Below, piece by piece: positions 1-9,145 of a stretch of DNA of 35,115 nucleotides. Made by a program: the position numbers and the translations under genes. This DNA is from a virus (taxonomy: Duplodnaviria > Caudoviricetes). The first letter of the stretch is position 1, and each line of letters starts with the position of its first letter. Location: IMG/VR virus record IMGVR_UViG_3300029822_000040, positions 1 to 35,115 of that record. One strand, written 5' to 3'. The notes under the pieces were generated by a model that worked only from the letters and a program-made list of their open reading frames with translations, made no database searches and was not told the DNA's origin.

Positions 1-110
1 AAGTCTTTCATTTTTTTGGGGGGGTCATTTTTTCTTTAATTTTTTTAAGGCTGGAATTTTTACGTTTTATACCCCCCCTCAAAAAAATTTAATTTATATA
101 TTATTTTTTG
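1..110. repeat. Left arm of long inverted repeat (partner 26970-27079); cut off by the window edge
   Basis: 66-110 TTTATACCCCCCCTCAAAAAAATTTAATTTATATATTATTTTTTG is the exact reverse complement of 26970-27014; 1-65 is a degenerate match to rc(27015-27079). Confidence 0.95.
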
Positions 111-1092
111 ACTCTGCTGGAATCTTTGCCAGTTGCTGGTCGATTTCCGCAATTTGACGCTCGATGTTCGCCTTTTTTGTCGATTTCTTCGTATAGCGTA
201 GCGCCTGCTGCAGTTCTTCGCGGCGTGTTTCCAGCAATTCGCGTTCAACTTCCCTTGCCCGTTCCTTCGCTTCCTCGGCTGCCTGTGGGTCATACCCTGC
301 AGCATGTATCCGTTCCAATGAAGCACGTGCCTGCTGGGCGACTTCGGTTGTGTCCTCTGCATATACATCGTCATCCACAATTTGGGCGCCCTCTGCCTTG
401 ACCTCTTGCATCGTGTTATAGGCTGCCTCTAGTTCCTGGCGGCTCATATTAAAAAGCTCGGTCGGCGTGTGCCCTGTATAGTGGGACAGTGTACGTAGCA
501 TGACCTTTTCGCCGTATAGGATGACTTTGTGGTCCGCGAATATCATGTCCTCGACCATACATGTCTTACCGTTTTGGCGGGACATCGGTACGACGCCTTC
601 AATCGTCAACCCTCGTACCCCGTCAATCGGTGCCCCGTTCTCCAGCCCTCGCTTCAATCCTTCGGCGGCTGCGTTCGCTGCTGCGTGCATGGCTTCTCCT
701 ACCTGGTCGCTCGAAGCGCGTTGTTCCGTGATAGCAGCATAAGGCGCTCGTCCTTCGAATAAGGCACTTGTACGCTCTGCTTGCGTAGCACGTTCCCCGT
801 CTAGCGTGTAACGGCGCTCCATATCGTGCCCAGGCATTGGACCCTTATGCGCTACGACATGTGGATTGTACGGCGTGACCTGGTGCCTGCAGTTCGGATG
901 CCGCGGTATAACCTCGGCGGGATGCTTCCCTATCGCCTCAACGATTCGCTTTCGCTCTTTACGGAGAACATGCTTTCGCCATGTATCGAGCAGCCAATGA
1001 CCTAACTGCTGGAGACTGTGCCGAAAATTGCGGTACCATTTTGCGATAACTTCTGCAGCTTTCTTCAATGCATTTCGTTTTTCTTCTGTCAT
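94..1092 (-). CDS. Hypothetical phage protein, 332 aa, C-terminal coiled coil
   Basis: Long ORF, GGGG-type RBS, same strand as the operon; stop codon lies inside the inverted repeat. Confidence 0.8.
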   Translation of the reverse strand: MTEEKRNALKKAAEVIAKWYRNFRHSLQQLGHWLLDTWRKHVLRKERKRIVEAIGKHPAEVIPRHPNCRHQVTPYNPHVVAHKGPMPGHDMERRYTLDGERATQAERTSALFEGRAPYAAITEQRASSDQVGEAMHAAANAAAEGLKRGLENGAPIDGVRGLTIEGVVPMSRQNGKTCMVEDMIFADHKVILYGEKVMLRTLSHYTGHTPTELFNMSRQELEAAYNTMQEVKAEGAQIVDDDVYAEDTTEVAQQARASLERIHAAGYDPQAAEEAKERAREVERELLETRREELQQALRYTKKSTKKANIERQIAEIDQQLAKIPAESKNNI

Positions 1093-1101
1093 AGTAAACC
1101 C

Positions 1102-1305
1102 CTACCCTTCGATTAGTGGACGTGCTTTTACGAGTTCCATTGCCTGGGCTTCTGTAAACCCGACCTTCTTTAGTTCTTCGAATTTGCTCCAGAAAATAAG
1201 GGCGTGCTCCGCATTTAATAGCAGCAGGGCAGGTACACCTATTTTAAATTGGTCGACCACCATTTCCAATTCGACTTGCGTAAACTGTTTTTTCTGTGTG
1301 GACAT
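1102..1305 (-). CDS. Hypothetical protein (~67 aa)
   Basis: ATG at 1305 preceded by GGGGG RBS; C-terminal GFTEAQAMELV resembles a common small phage protein motif. Confidence 0.75.
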   Translation of the reverse strand: MSTQKKQFTQVELEMVVDQFKIGVPALLLLNAEHALIFWSKFEELKKVGFTEAQAMELVKARPLIEG

Positions 1306-1310
1306 TCTTG

Positions 1311-1724
1311 TCACCCCCTTTCCTTGTCTACGGCGTCGTAATTAATGCCTGCTATACGGAAGCCCAGGGCTTCTAGTGTGTTATAAATACCCCAGGTTAC
1401 GCCTTTTGCATAGGTTACTTGCTCCAGGTTTTTCGAATCGGCAACCGTGATATAGTGGCGCATGTATTCGTGTATTAAGCGCTCGGCTAGCTCGATTCTG
1501 TCGTAATCTTGTAAGTAGGCTAGCAGCTTCTGCAGGTTGTCTGGCGACTCTTTTGCGTAGCGCTGCACCCTTTTTACTTCGGGTATATAGCTTTTAAATT
1601 GCATGTATACGGCGCGTTCCAGGCTCCCTGCTGTGAGGGCTGTGTTTGCTAAAATGACACGGACATCGGCAACCACGCTTTCGGGTAGTCCGTGTCCTGT
1701 GTACACATACGGCGTAACGGTCAT
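1311..1724 (-). CDS. Hypothetical protein
   Basis: GGGGG RBS, tight operon packing. Confidence 0.75.
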   Translation of the reverse strand: MTVTPYVYTGHGLPESVVADVRVILANTALTAGSLERAVYMQFKSYIPEVKRVQRYAKESPDNLQKLLAYLQDYDRIELAERLIHEYMRHYITVADSKNLEQVTYAKGVTWGIYNTLEALGFRIAGINYDAVDKERG

Positions 1725-1725
1725 A

Positions 1726-1869
1726 CTAGCAACCCCCTACGACAAAGCTAAAAATATAACGCGTTGCGGCAATCGCTGCAGCAATAAAGATAGCTGCCAG
1801 GCATCCTATAATAACGAGCGCTATCCCCTGCCCTGCGTAGTACGCTGCGGTTTTTCTCTGTTTAGTCAT
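1726..1869 (-). CDS. Small membrane protein, 47 aa (not in ORF track)
   Basis: MTKQRKTAAYYAGQGIALVIIGCLAAIFIAAAIAATRYIFSFVVGGC; AGGGGG RBS; fills the gap between its neighbours. Confidence 0.75.
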   Translation of the reverse strand: MTKQRKTAAYYAGQGIALVIIGCLAAIFIAAAIAATRYIFSFVVGGC

Positions 1870-2089
1870 CGACGTTGACCCCCTTTATAGGTGATAGCCC
1901 TGGACCTGTATGCGCTGGCTTGTACCATACATGCCATTCGCGCTGTACTTTCGAGTAGGGCTTGTTACTAAGACCGCTGTACACGTTCTCGGTATATACG
2001 TGACTTGTGACCTGGTGTACGTCCTGTGTGGCTAGTAACTTGTTTAATGCCTCGATACTATCGACAATGGTAAACTGTGACCTTTTCAT
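1862..2089 (-). CDS. Hypothetical protein
   Basis: AAGGGGG RBS, operon packing. Confidence 0.75.
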   Translation of the reverse strand: MKRSQFTIVDSIEALNKLLATQDVHQVTSHVYTENVYSGLSNKPYSKVQREWHVWYKPAHTGPGLSPIKGVNVDD

Positions 2090-2101
2090 ACAATGACCCC
2101 C

Positions 2102-2551
2102 TTATGGTTGCTTCCCTGTGCCGTTACAGGCAATGCAGGGTATCGTGTGTTCTTCTCCGCCATGTGTAAACGGAGACCCGCCTACACCGTCGCAATAGGT
2201 GCATGGTTCTGTTTCTTCTTTTGTTAGTGGCTCCAGCGCTTTAAACTGCTGTAAATCGGCTTTTAAATCGGGCGGCATACTTGCTAGTTTCATAATTTGG
2301 TTCTGCAACAAGACTAACGGGTCCTGGTCTGTAAAAGGTGCCAGGTGCACGTCTAGCAGTTGTCGGTACGACTGTAGTTTGAGCTTCAAGGCATATTCCA
2401 TTTGTGCTAGGTCGGATGCAGAATGTTCCTCGGCTGCACCCCACGACGTACGCTGCACGTATTCCAGGTCTTGTAGTAACAATTCTAAGAACCGACGTAT
2501 TTGTATGACCGCCGCGTCCTGGCGGGCTGCTTTGTATTGTTCGTCTGTCAT
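2102..2551 (-). CDS. Hypothetical protein with C-terminal DnaJ-type zinc finger
   Basis: CTYCDGVG...CIACNGTG (two CxxCxGxG). Confidence 0.75.
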   Translation of the reverse strand: MTDEQYKAARQDAAVIQIRRFLELLLQDLEYVQRTSWGAAEEHSASDLAQMEYALKLKLQSYRQLLDVHLAPFTDQDPLVLLQNQIMKLASMPPDLKADLQQFKALEPLTKEETEPCTYCDGVGGSPFTHGGEEHTIPCIACNGTGKQP

Positions 2552-2805
2552 TTTCGCACCATCCTTACGGGTCCATATTCGTATAGCTCATAGCGTGTAC
2601 GCTCGGCGACGGCTGCCTGGGCTACAAACTGCTTGTATCCTGGGTCGGCTTTCTGTACCCCTGCTTTCTTCGCTCGTAGCTCGGCACCGCTGTTTACTTC
2701 GGTTGTGATACGTGCCCTCGCGGGTCCTGGCTTCGTGTATGTCTGGGCTTTGTTACCCTTGTCCCATAACGGTGTCCCGTCCCTGTGGATAACATAGACT
2801 GTCAT
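2548..2805 (-). CDS. Hypothetical protein
   Basis: ATGA overlaps with both neighbours. Confidence 0.7.
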   Translation of the reverse strand: MTVYVIHRDGTPLWDKGNKAQTYTKPGPARARITTEVNSGAELRAKKAGVQKADPGYKQFVAQAAVAERTRYELYEYGPVRMVRK

Positions 2806-3203
2806 ACGTCTACGTCCTGGATAGCGTGCCAGTATTCGCGTTGTTGCGTTACTAACAGTGTGCTTAATATGTGGATAGATTGCTCTAGCATGGTTTCGGC
2901 TAGGCTGCCCTCTTTCGTCGTGTCAAAGGGTACATAATGCAGGTGTAGCAATTCATGTACTAACGTGATTTCGTGGTCTTGCTCGTCCCAGCTATGCGGT
3001 GGGTAGTCTATCGGGTCCAGCAAGTGGATAATCGCGTCCTTTTGCTGCGCGAACCATTTTACGGCGCCGACTTTCCCTTCCATCGGCATGTCATGGCTGC
3101 GTGAAATGTGTAGCGTAATCTTCCAGTCAGATAGTCGTAGGCGCTGTGCCCACTCGTTTAGTGACGACTGTGCTGCTGCTAGGTCCTTGTATGTGAATGT
3201 CAT
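2802..3203 (-). CDS. HExxH zinc metallopeptidase-like protein (zincin fold)
   Basis: TLVHELLHLH followed by a downstream Glu (MLEQ). Confidence 0.7.
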   Translation of the reverse strand: MTFTYKDLAAAQSSLNEWAQRLRLSDWKITLHISRSHDMPMEGKVGAVKWFAQQKDAIIHLLDPIDYPPHSWDEQDHEITLVHELLHLHYVPFDTTKEGSLAETMLEQSIHILSTLLVTQQREYWHAIQDVDV

Positions 3204-3436
3204 TTGTGTGTCCCCTTTTCTTTTGGCTGTAGGTCCTGGTAGCCTTTTTTCGTTAGCTTGTAGCTGTATTTCATAATGTAATTTTTGCCGCGTCGGTCCA
3301 CGAAAGCCGTTTCGACTTTTCCCTCTTTTACCAGGTCACTTAATGCCGTCACCAGGTCTAGTTGCTCGATGCTGCCACCGTTTGCGCGCAAGACCTGCAG
3401 CAATAAGGCTTTCGCTTCTTCGTTGAGTGTGCTCAT
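3200..3436 (-). CDS. Small winged-helix-like protein
   Basis: Likely ATG at 3436 (ATGA overlap); pattern ALSDLVKEGKV...YKLTKKG is typical of wHTH wings. Confidence 0.55.
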   Translation of the reverse strand: MSTLNEEAKALLLQVLRANGGSIEQLDLVTALSDLVKEGKVETAFVDRRGKNYIMKYSYKLTKKGYQDLQPKEKGTHK

Positions 3437-4020
3437 TTGTCGTCCTTCCATTTGAACGCCTTTGCCGTTTTCTGGGTATCGGGTAGGCGTGTTTCTGCAG
3501 CGAGTACCGTTTCTGCTACGTAGTCCGCCAGGTATGCGAGTGCTTCTTCTGGACTTGTGAGCGGTCCATGTGGCAGCACTATCTTATACGGCGTTAGTTG
3601 TGTTTGTACGGCGTATTGCTGCGTTAAGGCTTCGAGTGATTCCTTGCTAATCATTGTGATGGCTGGCTCCTGGGCTAGTAGATACGGCAGCACGTAGAAT
3701 GTGCCTGCTTCTTCCCATATCGCTACCTCAAAAGGGTGTACGGCGTTTAGATGTGTGACCGAATCGCTGTAGACACCGCGTATAATCTCCTGGCTGGCTG
3801 GTAGTTCTTCCTGCGTTTCTTGTACGTCGCTGGCTTCTTCCCAGACACGTATATGGTCATAGCTGCCCGTGTTAAGGTCGAGCCAGCCGTCGGTACCTCG
3901 GTATAATTCGTTACCTAGTGCGATTTCTCTAGTACGCTGCCAGGCAGCCTGTAGGTCCGTAAGCCCCTGGAAAGTGAGCGGGTAGGTGTGTAACCCGACA
4001 CGTATTTCGGCTTTAATCAT
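3433..4020 (-). CDS. Hypothetical protein
   Basis: 195-aa ORF, GGGGG RBS. Confidence 0.75.
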   Translation of the reverse strand: MIKAEIRVGLHTYPLTFQGLTDLQAAWQRTREIALGNELYRGTDGWLDLNTGSYDHIRVWEEASDVQETQEELPASQEIIRGVYSDSVTHLNAVHPFEVAIWEEAGTFYVLPYLLAQEPAITMISKESLEALTQQYAVQTQLTPYKIVLPHGPLTSPEEALAYLADYVAETVLAAETRLPDTQKTAKAFKWKDDK

Positions 4021-4351
4021 GAATTGGTCCCCCTTCTTCTGCGTACACTAGCTGTACGGGTTTTCTTGCGAATACATGAACCGTCGTTGTTTCATGCAAG
4101 CTATAGTATTCTTTATACTTTCTGCGCTCGATATTGTAACCTGCTGACTTGTAGCGCTTTTCCAGGGCAGCATAGCCCTTTAGTGGAAAGTGTGCCGTAA
4201 TTACGCCGTACACCCAGCGTCCTTGATTGTCCTTTTGCTGCAAGCTGCCGCAGTTAACGGCAACGTTGGTAAACCCGTCGGCTAGTTTCTCGGCTGCTGC
4301 GATACCTTTTAGTACGGCTGGGTTCTTTGCTGCTTCCTGGTATTCTGCCAT
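4013..4351 (-). CDS. Hypothetical protein
   Basis: AAAGGGG RBS, operon packing. Confidence 0.75.
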   Translation of the reverse strand: MAEYQEAAKNPAVLKGIAAAEKLADGFTNVAVNCGSLQQKDNQGRWVYGVITAHFPLKGYAALEKRYKSAGYNIERRKYKEYYSLHETTTVHVFARKPVQLVYAEEGGPIHD

Positions 4352-4366
4352 GTGTAACGCCCCTTT

Positions 4367-4678
4367 CTATGGCATATAGTAGAGTAGTAAACAACTAAGT
4401 ACGCCGATTGTCAGCATAGCGAGTCCCCGCCATACATACGAACGATGCAATTGGTTTTCCAGGTAACTAATGTGTGCCCGCTGGTCATGAATGACCTTGT
4501 TATCGACACGCCTTGCATTCTCCAGCGTGGCAACTTCTTCTTTGAGCTGCTGTACTTCCTCTACCATGCCCCGTAACCCCTTTTTCTTTGCTTTTTGGTA
4601 TGTGTGTTTGTCTCGGTCTTGTTGTTTGTATCTTAGGTGTCTTTCGTAGCCTTTTCCCATCTGCCTACGTGTACCCAT
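4367..4678 (-). CDS. Coiled-coil protein with C-terminal transmembrane anchor
   Basis: Basic N-terminus, heptad segment, hydrophobic tail GLAMLTIGVLSCLLLYY. Confidence 0.75.
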   Translation of the reverse strand: MGTRRQMGKGYERHLRYKQQDRDKHTYQKAKKKGLRGMVEEVQQLKEEVATLENARRVDNKVIHDQRAHISYLENQLHRSYVWRGLAMLTIGVLSCLLLYYMP

Positions 4679-4688
4679 GCGGCACCCC

Positions 4689-5246
4689 CTAGCTTTTTAA
4701 CATTGCTTTGATTGACGCTTGCCAGTCCTCTGCTAGCACCAGCCCGCCCATGTAAAAAACGATAAGGTTCTGTAGGGCTAGTTCGTTTTCCTTGATTAAA
4801 CCGCGTAGGACTAAAAACTCGACCCATTCCCTGGGCGTTAGGCGCTCCGCATGGGATAAGAAACACGCCACAGGAAACTCGGACCACTTCTGCAGGAATT
4901 TGTCCGCTGGTAACTGCTGGTTAATACATTCCTGGATATACGCTACGTATTGCACCGTATAGATGAATAGGTCATCGACGGAATTACGTACGCCCTCGTC
5001 CTTGACTTGTAGCTCGCCACGGCGGAACCAGGTACGCAGGCGGTCCAGTTTCTTTTCGACTTCCCATTTCCATATCGTGGCTGCGTGGTTGTCGATAAGC
5101 CCACGTAGGTATCGGTGCTCGTAGTCTGTACTCTTTGCGACGAAAAGCTCGGTCGCGTTTTTAACAAATGTCTCGTAGCCCGCTGGCGGTGCTTCTGCTA
5201 GTGTGCGCTCGTAACTTGTCCCTACGAAAATTTTATTGTTTGTCAT
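4689..5246 (-). CDS. Nucleotide modification associated domain 1 (Nmad1/DUF1599)-like protein
   Basis: K-x2-DY...KLDRL...VKDE...DDLFIY matches the helical Nmad1 pattern as I know it. Confidence 0.6.
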   Translation of the reverse strand: MTNNKIFVGTSYERTLAEAPPAGYETFVKNATELFVAKSTDYEHRYLRGLIDNHAATIWKWEVEKKLDRLRTWFRRGELQVKDEGVRNSVDDLFIYTVQYVAYIQECINQQLPADKFLQKWSEFPVACFLSHAERLTPREWVEFLVLRGLIKENELALQNLIVFYMGGLVLAEDWQASIKAMLKS

Positions 5247-5382
5247 GTGTGCGTTTCCCCTTCCGTTGTAAGACGGCTTCTATTCTATGGCGCGCTTTTG
5301 CTATACGCTCGCTGCAGCTTTGGCAATATTCCTGCTGTGTGGTTTGTTCCTGGCATATACCGCAGTATCGAAGCTGTGTCAT
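5233..5382 (-). CDS. Small C4 zinc-finger protein, 49 aa (not in ORF track)
   Basis: MTQLRYCGICQEQTTQQEYCQSCSERIAK...; AAGGGGG RBS; ATGA overlap with upstream gene. Confidence 0.75.
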   Translation of the reverse strand: MTQLRYCGICQEQTTQQEYCQSCSERIAKARHRIEAVLQRKGKRTHDKQ

Positions 5383-5564
5383 GCCTTACGGTCCCCCTTA
5401 CTGCGTATGCCGAAGCACTCTTTTTGGTACTCGACTTCTCGCGTCACACGTTCTAGTAGGGCGTGCTCGCTTTGTAAGTCCGCTGGGCTTGCGCCCTCTC
5501 TATTTACGTAGTGCTGGAGGGCGTGCTTGATAATTTGCCAGTGTTTATATTTCGGTCGGAACAT
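5379..5564 (-). CDS. Hypothetical protein
   Basis: AAGGGGG RBS; IIKHALQHY motif. Confidence 0.75.
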   Translation of the reverse strand: MFRPKYKHWQIIKHALQHYVNREGASPADLQSEHALLERVTREVEYQKECFGIRSKGDRKA

Positions 5565-5871
5565 CGGGTATTTCCCCCTTCGGTATTAAGTGCTTTCCTG
5601 TCCAGCGGTTCATCTCGTCCACGTCAAACGGTAACGGCTCGATGTTTGGGTTTTCGATATACTTGGTTTCCAGCTTTTTAAGTTCGCTGCGTATACGGTC
5701 CATACGTGTAGGTCCCAGCTTTAGGGTTTGCTGTGTGGCATAAAGTGCCATAGCCGTACCGATTTGAAATGCACGGCTATTCATTTCCTCTAGCTCTTTT
5801 TTGGAAAACGTCTGGCGTGTATCAAATGCCTGGGCGCTGCGTTGTCGTCTACGGCGTTCTGCTCGGTTCAT
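5545..5871 (-). CDS. Hypothetical protein (NRAERR motif)
   Basis: AAAGGGG RBS; ATGA overlap. Confidence 0.75.
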   Translation of the reverse strand: MNRAERRRRQRSAQAFDTRQTFSKKELEEMNSRAFQIGTAMALYATQQTLKLGPTRMDRIRSELKKLETKYIENPNIEPLPFDVDEMNRWTGKHLIPKGEIPDVPTEI

Positions 5872-6131
5872 CGTTTGCGCCCCTTTCTACGGCGCGCTGT
5901 CTTGCGTGACTTGTGTAATTTCGTTGTAAGGCATACACGCTGTAGCTGCTCTGGTGGCGCAAAGCCTATAGTCTTAACCCCTTTATGGTCTAGGTACGCG
6001 ACACGTACATACCCGTCGCCTGCATCTGCTTCGGCTATGACAGGCTTTCGTATGTCGATGTCTAGACAATAGACTAACAATGCATCTAATACGCGGTATT
6101 TCGTGCCCATTTGGATGTCTGCCATTTTCAT
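5868..6131 (-). CDS. Hypothetical protein, basic C-terminus
   Basis: Likely ATG at 6131 after GGGGG RBS. Confidence 0.65.
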   Translation of the reverse strand: MKMADIQMGTKYRVLDALLVYCLDIDIRKPVIAEADAGDGYVRVAYLDHKGVKTIGFAPPEQLQRVCLTTKLHKSRKTARRRKGRKR

Positions 6132-6376
6132 TGTTCGACCCCCCATTTCTTAAAACAGCCATCTAGTAAACTCTGACCGTAACGTGAGAAGCTTTGCGGT
6201 GCGTCGATAGCACTTACCACGTCAAAATAGTCATTACGATATTTGTCGACCGACCATGCAATTTCCAGCGGTGCCTCTGGCTTTCCTTGTGTGCCTTGTG
6301 GGTCATCGTAAGCCGCAATCATGCCTACGATATACCCAGGATACCTACGCCCTACGGGTGCTGTGTTGACTGCCAT
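6128..6376 (-). CDS. Hypothetical protein
   Basis: AAAGGGG RBS. Confidence 0.7.
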   Translation of the reverse strand: MAVNTAPVGRRYPGYIVGMIAAYDDPQGTQGKPEAPLEIAWSVDKYRNDYFDVVSAIDAPQSFSRYGQSLLDGCFKKWGVEQ

Positions 6377-6692
6377 TTGTACGTGCCCCTTTCTTGTCCT
6401 CTAGGACCTGCTCTGCGATTGCTGCAGCAACGGCAGCCACCTGTATCAATTCGTTGTACAGGTCGTCGGCGTCTGTGTCCTTGCTTGCTGCTGGGACCGT
6501 TAACGCGTTGACTGCTTGCGCTACTTCCCCGACTTCTTCCATAAGGATGCCCAGCCATACCGCGTAGGGGTGCCGTTGACGTCCCCACTTCAAATTTTGG
6601 TTTTCACGTTCTGCAAATATGTCATATCGCACAGCCTCGCGGCGTTCTTTGTCCTCTTGCTGTTGCTTTGCAATATACGGGTCTTGTACCAT
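6345..6692 (-). CDS. MazG-like NTP pyrophosphohydrolase
   Basis: ILMEEVGEVAQA...ELIQVAAVA (EExxE plus second Glu motif); likely start at 6692 via TAATG overlap with the polymerase stop. Confidence 0.8.
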   Translation of the reverse strand: MVQDPYIAKQQQEDKERREAVRYDIFAERENQNLKWGRQRHPYAVWLGILMEEVGEVAQAVNALTVPAASKDTDADDLYNELIQVAAVAAAIAEQVLEDKKGARTNGSQHSTRRA

Positions 6693-9145
6693 TACGCTGT
6701 CGCCCCTTTTCGTTGTTGTAGCCATTCCTCGGCGTCTTGTTTGTTACCCCAGCTATACGCGAAGGACCCCTCTGCTTCTACAGGTACAGGGAAATTTTTT
6801 AATGGTGCGCGTTCCATAATAGCTTTTACTTCGGTCGCTACCTTTTCCGCTAGCCCTGGCTCGTCCTCTAGTTCGAATATAATTTCGTCGTGAATCTGCG
6901 CTATCATGTCTGTTTCGCCGTGCATGAATGTCACTTCTTCACGCGGCTTCTCGTTCCAATACACGGCATATGTGTCCTCGCCGATGCGGTCGTACACCGT
7001 ATTCTGTGCGCGCTTCATGAAGTCCGCTGCGCTGCCCTGGATAGGCGTATTTGCTGCCTGGCGTCCTGCGCTGCCTCTTGCACTACGGTTCGGGCTGTTA
7101 ATGTCGGGTAGCAATCGAATGTACCCGTACGCTGTCGTCACGTACCCTTTTTCGCGGGCATCCAGCTCTATGTCTCGCTGGAATTGTGGAATACCTGGAT
7201 ATGTCCCTTTTACGGCGTTCACGATAGACAGACACTCGTCTAGCGTTTTACGTAGCCCGTAATCTTTTAAGAATGTTGATTGTAGCGCGTGTTCTGTACC
7301 GCCGTATGATATACCGAAGTTACCAGCCTTTGCGCTTGTACGCTCTGGCTTTGTAATGTCGTTAGGGTTTTCCTTGCCTGTTAAGGTCATAGCTGTACGT
7401 TTGTGCATGTCCCCGCCTGTGTTAAACAGTTCAATCATGACGGCATCGTTTGCACGCCAGGACATGATACGAAGCTCGAAGCCCGAAAAGTCGATTAGGA
7501 ATAACACTTTGCCGTTAGGTGCACGGTAGAAATTCCGTATACCGAATACGTCGTTGTCGACACGTGGCACGTTTTGCCCGTTCGGGTTAAACGAGTTCGC
7601 GCGGGACGTCTCTGTCCATACGCCGTAACCTGCGTGAATACGTCCGCTGACTTCGTTTAGATGCTTCTCGCGTCCGACAATATGTGACGAAAGCAGCGTA
7701 CTGTATTTCTGTATATCCTTTAAAAGCTGGATAAGGCGAAGCGCTGGCTCTTTGTATGGGTGTTCTTTGCGCTGCGCGATACGTATTGCCTGGCGCTCGT
7801 CCCGTGATAAATCACCGTTGAAACCTGGTTCGCCGTATTTCGCATCGACGTCAATCGCTTCCCAGCCTTCGGGTAGTGGCACCGCTAGGTACTTTTCCTC
7901 GTCAATCTCAACGAGCTTGTTCTCCAGCATGAAGGTCATGTTTATGAGGGCTTCTTCATCCAGGGACGCGCCTGTCTTGCCCCACTTCGCTGCTGGTACG
8001 TTCATTAACTCAAAGAGTAAATGTTTCACGTCCGATGTTTTACCCGACTTCCCTGGATTAATCGGTACGTTGAATAGTTCCTCTCCGATACGTGCGATTT
8101 CTGCCGCCGCGTTTTCCTGCATGTTCTCGGCTTCTTCTTTTTTGACTTGTGCTAGGTCTGTGTCCCAATACATGCCCCAATATTCCATAAGTCCGATAAC
8201 CCGCTGGAAAGGCATTTCGATTTCGTGCAGCCACTTTTCGTAGCCTGGTATTTGTTTTGCGATTTCCAGCCAGTATAGATAATGTTGTACGGCGTAGTCC
8301 GCATCCTCACAACTGTATAGCAGCCCGTCGCCTTTATCGGCACGTATTTCGTCGAAGAACATAGCGTTATGTTTGTTTAACACGTCTTGGAAGTTGCCTT
8401 GTTCGACGCCCAGGAATTGCTTTGTGGCTTCTTTCAAGCCCCATCCGCTAAACGGTTTCTTCGGTACTTTAATTTTGTGAGGGGCGATAACTTGCATACA
8501 GCGCACCCACATCATAAGAGGGTCGGCTACAGGCATTTGTATATACTTGCCGTGTTTGGCTGTGTGCTTGGATTCGAAACCCAGGTTTACCGCAATTTTC
8601 ACGATTTTTCTGTTAGAGAAAAGCAGCCTGTCAACAACGTCCATTACTAAGCGACGTGCGGCTGCTCTATCAAGTGACGGCTCAAAAATAGCCCCGTCCT
8701 TATGACTGATGGGTATTGCTCGGCTTTCGTGTGCTGCTGCAGAAATCGACATTGTGCATATGTCCGCTTTCCACGGGTCCAGGTTGACCGATTTAAGCCA
8801 CTTCTCCAGGGCTTTTCCTTCGATTGGTAGCCCTGTTTCTTCGTCCGTCGGTGGTATACGATGGTTTTCGTCCCCCGACGTCTCATAGTCGAAGCCCGCT
8901 AGCCCTGTCTCGGCGCAGCGTTGACAGTACGCCACAAGGTCGGCTTCTGTTAGTATCGGGCTGTAGTCCTTGACCTGCTGTACAGGTTGTCGTGTCCATA
9001 TCACGTTTTTAAATGGGTGTGCTGGGTCGTGCTTGTTGTCCATAACGGCAGCTAAATTGCTCTGCTGCCGTGGGGTCGGTTGTGCCGTAGGTGCTTTTGC
9101 TAGCGTTTTGGGTTTCCCAGCACTAAATAGAGAACCTAGTTTCAT
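6692..9145 (-). CDS. polA: Family A DNA polymerase with 3'-5' exonuclease domain
   Basis: Exo motifs FDYET, NLGFE, YSCEDA; motif A DFSGFELR, motif B RTSAKAGNFGISYG (Phe762 type), motif C QIHDE; start moved to ATG 9145 because a separate ORF occupies 9123-9287. Confidence 0.97.
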   Translation of the reverse strand: MKLGSLFSAGKPKTLAKAPTAQPTPRQQSNLAAVMDNKHDPAHPFKNVIWTRQPVQQVKDYSPILTEADLVAYCQRCAETGLAGFDYETSGDENHRIPPTDEETGLPIEGKALEKWLKSVNLDPWKADICTMSISAAAHESRAIPISHKDGAIFEPSLDRAAARRLVMDVVDRLLFSNRKIVKIAVNLGFESKHTAKHGKYIQMPVADPLMMWVRCMQVIAPHKIKVPKKPFSGWGLKEATKQFLGVEQGNFQDVLNKHNAMFFDEIRADKGDGLLYSCEDADYAVQHYLYWLEIAKQIPGYEKWLHEIEMPFQRVIGLMEYWGMYWDTDLAQVKKEEAENMQENAAAEIARIGEELFNVPINPGKSGKTSDVKHLLFELMNVPAAKWGKTGASLDEEALINMTFMLENKLVEIDEEKYLAVPLPEGWEAIDVDAKYGEPGFNGDLSRDERQAIRIAQRKEHPYKEPALRLIQLLKDIQKYSTLLSSHIVGREKHLNEVSGRIHAGYGVWTETSRANSFNPNGQNVPRVDNDVFGIRNFYRAPNGKVLFLIDFSGFELRIMSWRANDAVMIELFNTGGDMHKRTAMTLTGKENPNDITKPERTSAKAGNFGISYGGTEHALQSTFLKDYGLRKTLDECLSIVNAVKGTYPGIPQFQRDIELDAREKGYVTTAYGYIRLLPDINSPNRSARGSAGRQAANTPIQGSAADFMKRAQNTVYDRIGEDTYAVYWNEKPREEVTFMHGETDMIAQIHDEIIFELEDEPGLAEKVATEVKAIMERAPLKNFPVPVEAEGSFAYSWGNKQDAEEWLQQRKGATA

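Noticed and set aside
1-110. Inverted repeat as IS/transposon ends or a protelomerase site
   Set aside because: No transposase or protelomerase gene in the window, no visible target duplication, and the arms are 27 kb apart rather than forming one palindrome
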